From NCBI GenBank assembly GCA_964446635.1, contig CAYUPJ010000011.1, forward strand, positions 1 through 38,957: a stretch of 38,957 nt of DNA. Direction: 5' to 3'. This stretch comes from an uncultured Anaerolineae bacterium (lineage in GTDB: Bacteria > Chloroflexota > Anaerolineae > VGOG01). Under the pieces are notes generated by a model. That model worked only from the letters and a program-made list of their open reading frames with translations, did no database searches and had not been told where the DNA came from. Below are positions 34,561 through 38,957 of this stretch, in pieces. A program made the position numbers and the translations under genes. How positions within the stretch are numbered: position 1 is the stretch's first letter; each line of letters begins with the position of its first letter.

Positions 34561-34675
34561 ATCGGGAAACTGGGAAACTGGTAAATTGGGACACGATTCA
34601 CCAACCTACCAATTTACCAATCTGCCAATCTACCAACCTACCAATTTACCAATCTACCAATTTACCAATCTACCG
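34553..34675. repeat. GGAAACT/GGTAAAT heptamers then ACCAAYYT octamer x9, an inverted pair
   Basis: actggtaaatcgggaaactgggaaactggtaaattggg ... accaacctaccaatttaccaatctgccaatctaccaacctaccaatttaccaatctaccaatttaccaatctacc. ggtaaattgg is the reverse complement of ccaatttacc. Confidence 0.8.
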
Positions 34676-34786
34676 TAACTACTCAGGCTGTCATTGCGAG
34701 CGAAGCGAAGCAATCCCCAAGCCGCAAGGAGGAGATTGCTTCGTCGCAAGAAACGCTCCTCGCAATGACACGGGCTGAGCAGTTAC
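34676..34786. repeat. About 100-bp nested palindromic dispersed element (copy 2)
   Basis: taactactcaggctgtcattgcgagcgaagcgaagcaatccccaagccgcaaggaggagattgcttcgtcgcaagaaacgctcctcgcaatgacacgggctgagcagtta has the same outer and inner stems and the same flanking ctcagc/gctgag as copy 1. Confidence 0.8.
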
Positions 34787-34824
34787 AATCTACCAGTCTA
34801 CCAACTAAGTGGAGGCTTAACTAG

Positions 34825-37281
34825 ATGTCGGATACCGATATGGACAAACTTCTCGAAGAAGGGGGCTTTTTGGCCATCAGTGGCCAGCGGGCCCTGGGAA
34901 TCCCCAAGGATTTGGCAGATGCGCTTATTGAAGAAAGTGGCGAGATTGCCGAGTATCCTCTGCTTCCCTTACGGGATACGGTGATCTTTCCTCACATGGT
35001 GACTCCACTCTTCGTGGGTCGCGATCGCTCGCTGAAGGCCGTGGAAGCAGCGATGGCCAACGAGGGCACCATCGTCGTTGTGGCTCAGAAGGAGGACGAG
35101 GTGGAAGAGCCAGACCCCGATGACATCTACACCGTTGGCACGGAGATGACGATTGCCCGCATGTGGCACCTGCCGGATGGCACGACCAACATCTGGGCCC
35201 GGGGTACGCGCAGGGTTGAAGTCCTTGATGTTGTGCAGGTTGACCCTTATATCAAAGTAAGGGTCAGGCACGTAATAGAACCCAGTGAGCAGAGCCTCTC
35301 TACGCAAGCGCTGATGCGCGCTGTGCTGGCTCTGTTCGAAAAGTGCGTGCAGTTGGACCGCAACATCCCTGAGGACGCTTATGTAATCGCCATGAACATT
35401 GACGAGCCAGGTTGGCTGGCGGACCTGGTAGCCTCTGCCCTCAACATAGAGGTTGGAAAGCGGCAGGAAATCCTGGAGACCTTCCATTCGACTACTCGTT
35501 TGCAACGATTGAGCATCCTTCTGGCCCAGGAGCTAGACGTCCTGGAGCTGGAGGACAGGATCCACGCCCAGGTGCAGGAAGAGGTTGATAAGTCCCAGCG
35601 CGAGTATTTCCTGCGCCAACAGATGAAGGCTATCCAGACCGAGTTGGGCGAGATAGATGGCCAGCTCCAAGAAATTGACGAGCTGAAGGAGAAGATCGCT
35701 GCGGCCGAGATGCCCGAGGAGGCACGTCTGAAGGCGGAAAAAGAGCTTGAGCGGCTCGCTTCTATGCCCCCCGCTTCTCCTGAGGTGAGCGTCATCCGCA
35801 CCTATCTGGACTGGTTAATTGAGCTACCTTGGAGCAACGCCACAGAGAACAACATGGACATTTCGGCTGCAGCCAGGGCGTTGGACGATAGCCACTACGG
35901 CCTGACCAGGGCCAAGGAGCGTATCTTGGAATACATGGCTGTCCGCAAGCTGGCCGCCGAGAAGATGCGCAGTCCTATCCTGTGCTTCGTGGGACCACCG
36001 GGGACGGGCAAGACCTCCCTGGGCAAAGCCATTGCCCAGGCGCTGGGGAGGAAGTTCGTGCGGGTGAGCCTGGGCGGCATCCACGATGAGGCTGAGATAC
36101 GGGGGCACCGGCGCACTTATGTGGGCGCCATGCCGGGTCGTATTATCCAGACCATGCGCCGCGCCGAGACCATCAACCCGCTATTCATGTTGGACGAGAT
36201 AGACAAGGTGGGCATTGACTTCCGAGGCGATCCCTCGGCAGCCTTGCTGGAGGTGCTGGACCCTGAGCAGAATCACGCCTTCTCCGATCACTACCTGGAC
36301 GTGTGCTACGACCTGTCAAAGGTGATGTTCATCACCACAGCCAACATCCTCGAGCCCGTTCCTCCGGCCTTACGTGACCGCATGGAGGTCATCGAATTCC
36401 CCGGCTACATTGAAGAGGAGAAGCTGGAGATCGCCAAGCGGTTTCTCGTTCCTCGACAGCTCATGGAGAATGGCCTGGACAACACGAAGCTCCACTTCTC
36501 AGACGAAGCTTTGCGCCAGATCATCCGCGAGTACACCTACGAGGCTGGGGTACGCAACATGGAGCGAGAGATCGCCAATGTTTGTCGTAAGGTAGCCCGA
36601 CGAGTGGCTGATAGTAAGCCAGTCCCCCAGCGTATCACCGCCCAGTCGTTGGTCAAGTACCTGGGCCCGCCGCAGTTCATCTACGGCCTGGCCGAGAAGG
36701 AGGATGAGATTGGGGTAGCCATGAGCATCGCCTGGACCGAGGCTGGCGGAGACATCATGCCTGTGGAAGTGACTTTAATGGAGGGCAAAGGCATGCTCAT
36801 GCTCACTGGTCAGTTGGGTGAGATCATGCAGGAATCCGCCCAGGCGGCCCTCTCCTATACTCGTTCTCGTGCCAAGGAGCTGGGTATCAGCGGGCACACC
36901 TTCGACAAGTTAGACATCCACATCCACATGCCGGAGGGTGCTATTCCCAAGGACGGCCCTTCGGCAGGGATCACCATGGCCACGGCCCTCGTCTCGGCCC
37001 TCACCAGGCGTCCCGTCCGTCACGATGTGGGCATGACGGGCGAGATCACCCTGCGGGGACGGGTGCTGCCCATCGGCGGCTTCAAGGAGAAGGTTTTGGC
37101 CGCCCACCGGGCTGGATTTAAAACCGTCATCCTGCCGAAGAGAAACCAAAAGGACATGGTGGAAATCCCCAACAAGGTCAAACGGGATCTGGAGTTCATC
37201 TTCGTGGATCAGATGGGCGAGGTGTTGACTGCGGCTCTGCTGCCGGAACGCAAACCCCCTGTCAAGAGGACTTCGCACTAA
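34825..37281 (+). CDS. lon: ATP-dependent Lon protease (LonA)
   Basis: Lon N-domain [23 protein letters not shown]+ Walker [16 protein letters not shown]. Proteolytic Ser in [20 protein letters not shown] with catalytic Lys downstream. GGAGG RBS. Confidence 0.95.
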   Translation: MSDTDMDKLLEEGGFLAISGQRALGIPKDLADALIEESGEIAEYPLLPLRDTVIFPHMVTPLFVGRDRSLKAVEAAMANEGTIVVVAQKEDEVEEPDPDDIYTVGTEMTIARMWHLPDGTTNIWARGTRRVEVLDVVQVDPYIKVRVRHVIEPSEQSLSTQALMRAVLALFEKCVQLDRNIPEDAYVIAMNIDEPGWLADLVASALNIEVGKRQEILETFHSTTRLQRLSILLAQELDVLELEDRIHAQVQEEVDKSQREYFLRQQMKAIQTELGEIDGQLQEIDELKEKIAAAEMPEEARLKAEKELERLASMPPASPEVSVIRTYLDWLIELPWSNATENNMDISAAARALDDSHYGLTRAKERILEYMAVRKLAAEKMRSPILCFVGPPGTGKTSLGKAIAQALGRKFVRVSLGGIHDEAEIRGHRRTYVGAMPGRIIQTMRRAETINPLFMLDEIDKVGIDFRGDPSAALLEVLDPEQNHAFSDHYLDVCYDLSKVMFITTANILEPVPPALRDRMEVIEFPGYIEEEKLEIAKRFLVPRQLMENGLDNTKLHFSDEALRQIIREYTYEAGVRNMEREIANVCRKVARRVADSKPVPQRITAQSLVKYLGPPQFIYGLAEKEDEIGVAMSIAWTEAGGDIMPVEVTLMEGKGMLMLTGQLGEIMQESAQAALSYTRSRAKELGISGHTFDKLDIHIHMPEGAIPKDGPSAGITMATALVSALTRRPVRHDVGMTGEITLRGRVLPIGGFKEKVLAAHRAGFKTVILPKRNQKDMVEIPNKVKRDLEFIFVDQMGEVLTAALLPERKPPVKRTSH

Positions 37282-37285
37282 TACT

Positions 37286-37326
37286 AGACTTCCGAAGTCT
37301 CTTGCAGACTTCGGAAGTCTTCGTCT
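37286..37326 (+). terminator. rho-independent terminator of lon (perfect 15-bp inverted repeat)
   Basis: agacttccgaagtct cttgc agacttcggaagtct tcgtct. Confidence 0.75.
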
Positions 37327-37850
37327 GACTCATGAGAGGGCATCGGCAGACGTTATTGAGCGGTTCATAGGGGGAAAGATGACGTCAGTCATCAGAGAAC
37401 AAAAAAGACGAGGCCCAGGTGACGGTGAAAGTGATGGTTGGTGATCAGCTTGTTGACCATCTCTGTGACCTCACCAGGGAATCCACCGGAAAGGTCAAGG
37501 ATGTGACCAGGTGGAGGGTGAGTTGTCCGGAATAATCCCTCTAAAGGAGGTTTCTTGATGCAAACAGTCACGGTAAGCAAGAAATACGCCGATATCCTTG
37601 CTCCTCTAGGTGATGTGCAGCAAGCAGTGGACGAGGCATTGCGTCACTACGCTGTGGAGAGAATCGGCCAGCGTATCGCTGAGCTACGTCGCCAGATTCG
37701 TCCCTGGGAAGAGAAGTATGATTGTACATACGAGGTCTTCTATGCTCGTGTCACTGGTGATGAGGAGTATGTGACCAATCTCCGTCAAAGCCATCCCACC
37801 TGGGAGCGTGACTTCCAACAGTGGGAGTTTTACGTCGAGGAGATGCGCGA

Positions 37851-38957
<1,107 letters not shown>

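Noticed and set aside
34491-34778. 95-aa ORF ending in HCERSEAIPKPQGGDCFVARNAPRNDTG
   Set aside because: It is translated entirely from the octamer repeat array and the palindromic element. It is the kind of ORF these repeats generate, not a gene.

Overview
High-GC (about 60%) bacterial chromosomal segment of 38.9 kb. It mixes housekeeping genes with two accessory modules. Left part: RodZ-like protein, rplI, histidine ammonia-lyase, then a minus-strand four-gene cluster of RNA 3'-phosphate cyclase RtcA, a 1076-aa protein made of three fused RAMP (Cas7/Cas5-like) domains, a Zn-finger protein and a Cas6-like RAMP. This cluster has no CRISPR array, cas1/cas2 or cas10 in the window and is the main candidate for an undescribed RNA-targeting or RNA-processing system. 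Middle: Flp pilin, ComF, hpf, LMW tyrosine phosphatase, HNH endonuclease, two GT2 glycosyltransferases. Next comes a lower-GC (about 45-55%) island from about 14.9 to 27.8 kb carrying an SPFH protein, an HTH protein, a histidine kinase, a single-domain response regulator and two membrane proteins. The island ends in a tightly coupled operon: SIR2_2-P-loop NTPase, STAND NTPase with TPR repeats, and a radical SAM/SPASM enzyme; this is a candidate defence or signalling system of unrecognised architecture. Right part: larC, a four-helix-bundle gene, larB and larE (nickel-pincer cofactor genes, no larA in the window), a lipoprotein, a secreted GH99-like protein, lon, two overlapping small ORFs and the 5' part of eno. 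Intergenic regions hold arrays of 7-9 nt tandem repeats, often as inverted pairs and sometimes running in-frame into gene ends. A roughly 100-bp nested palindromic element occurs twice. The island has near-consensus sigma70 promoters and clear rho-independent terminators. Products were assigned by reading motifs in the supplied translations; no database search was possible.
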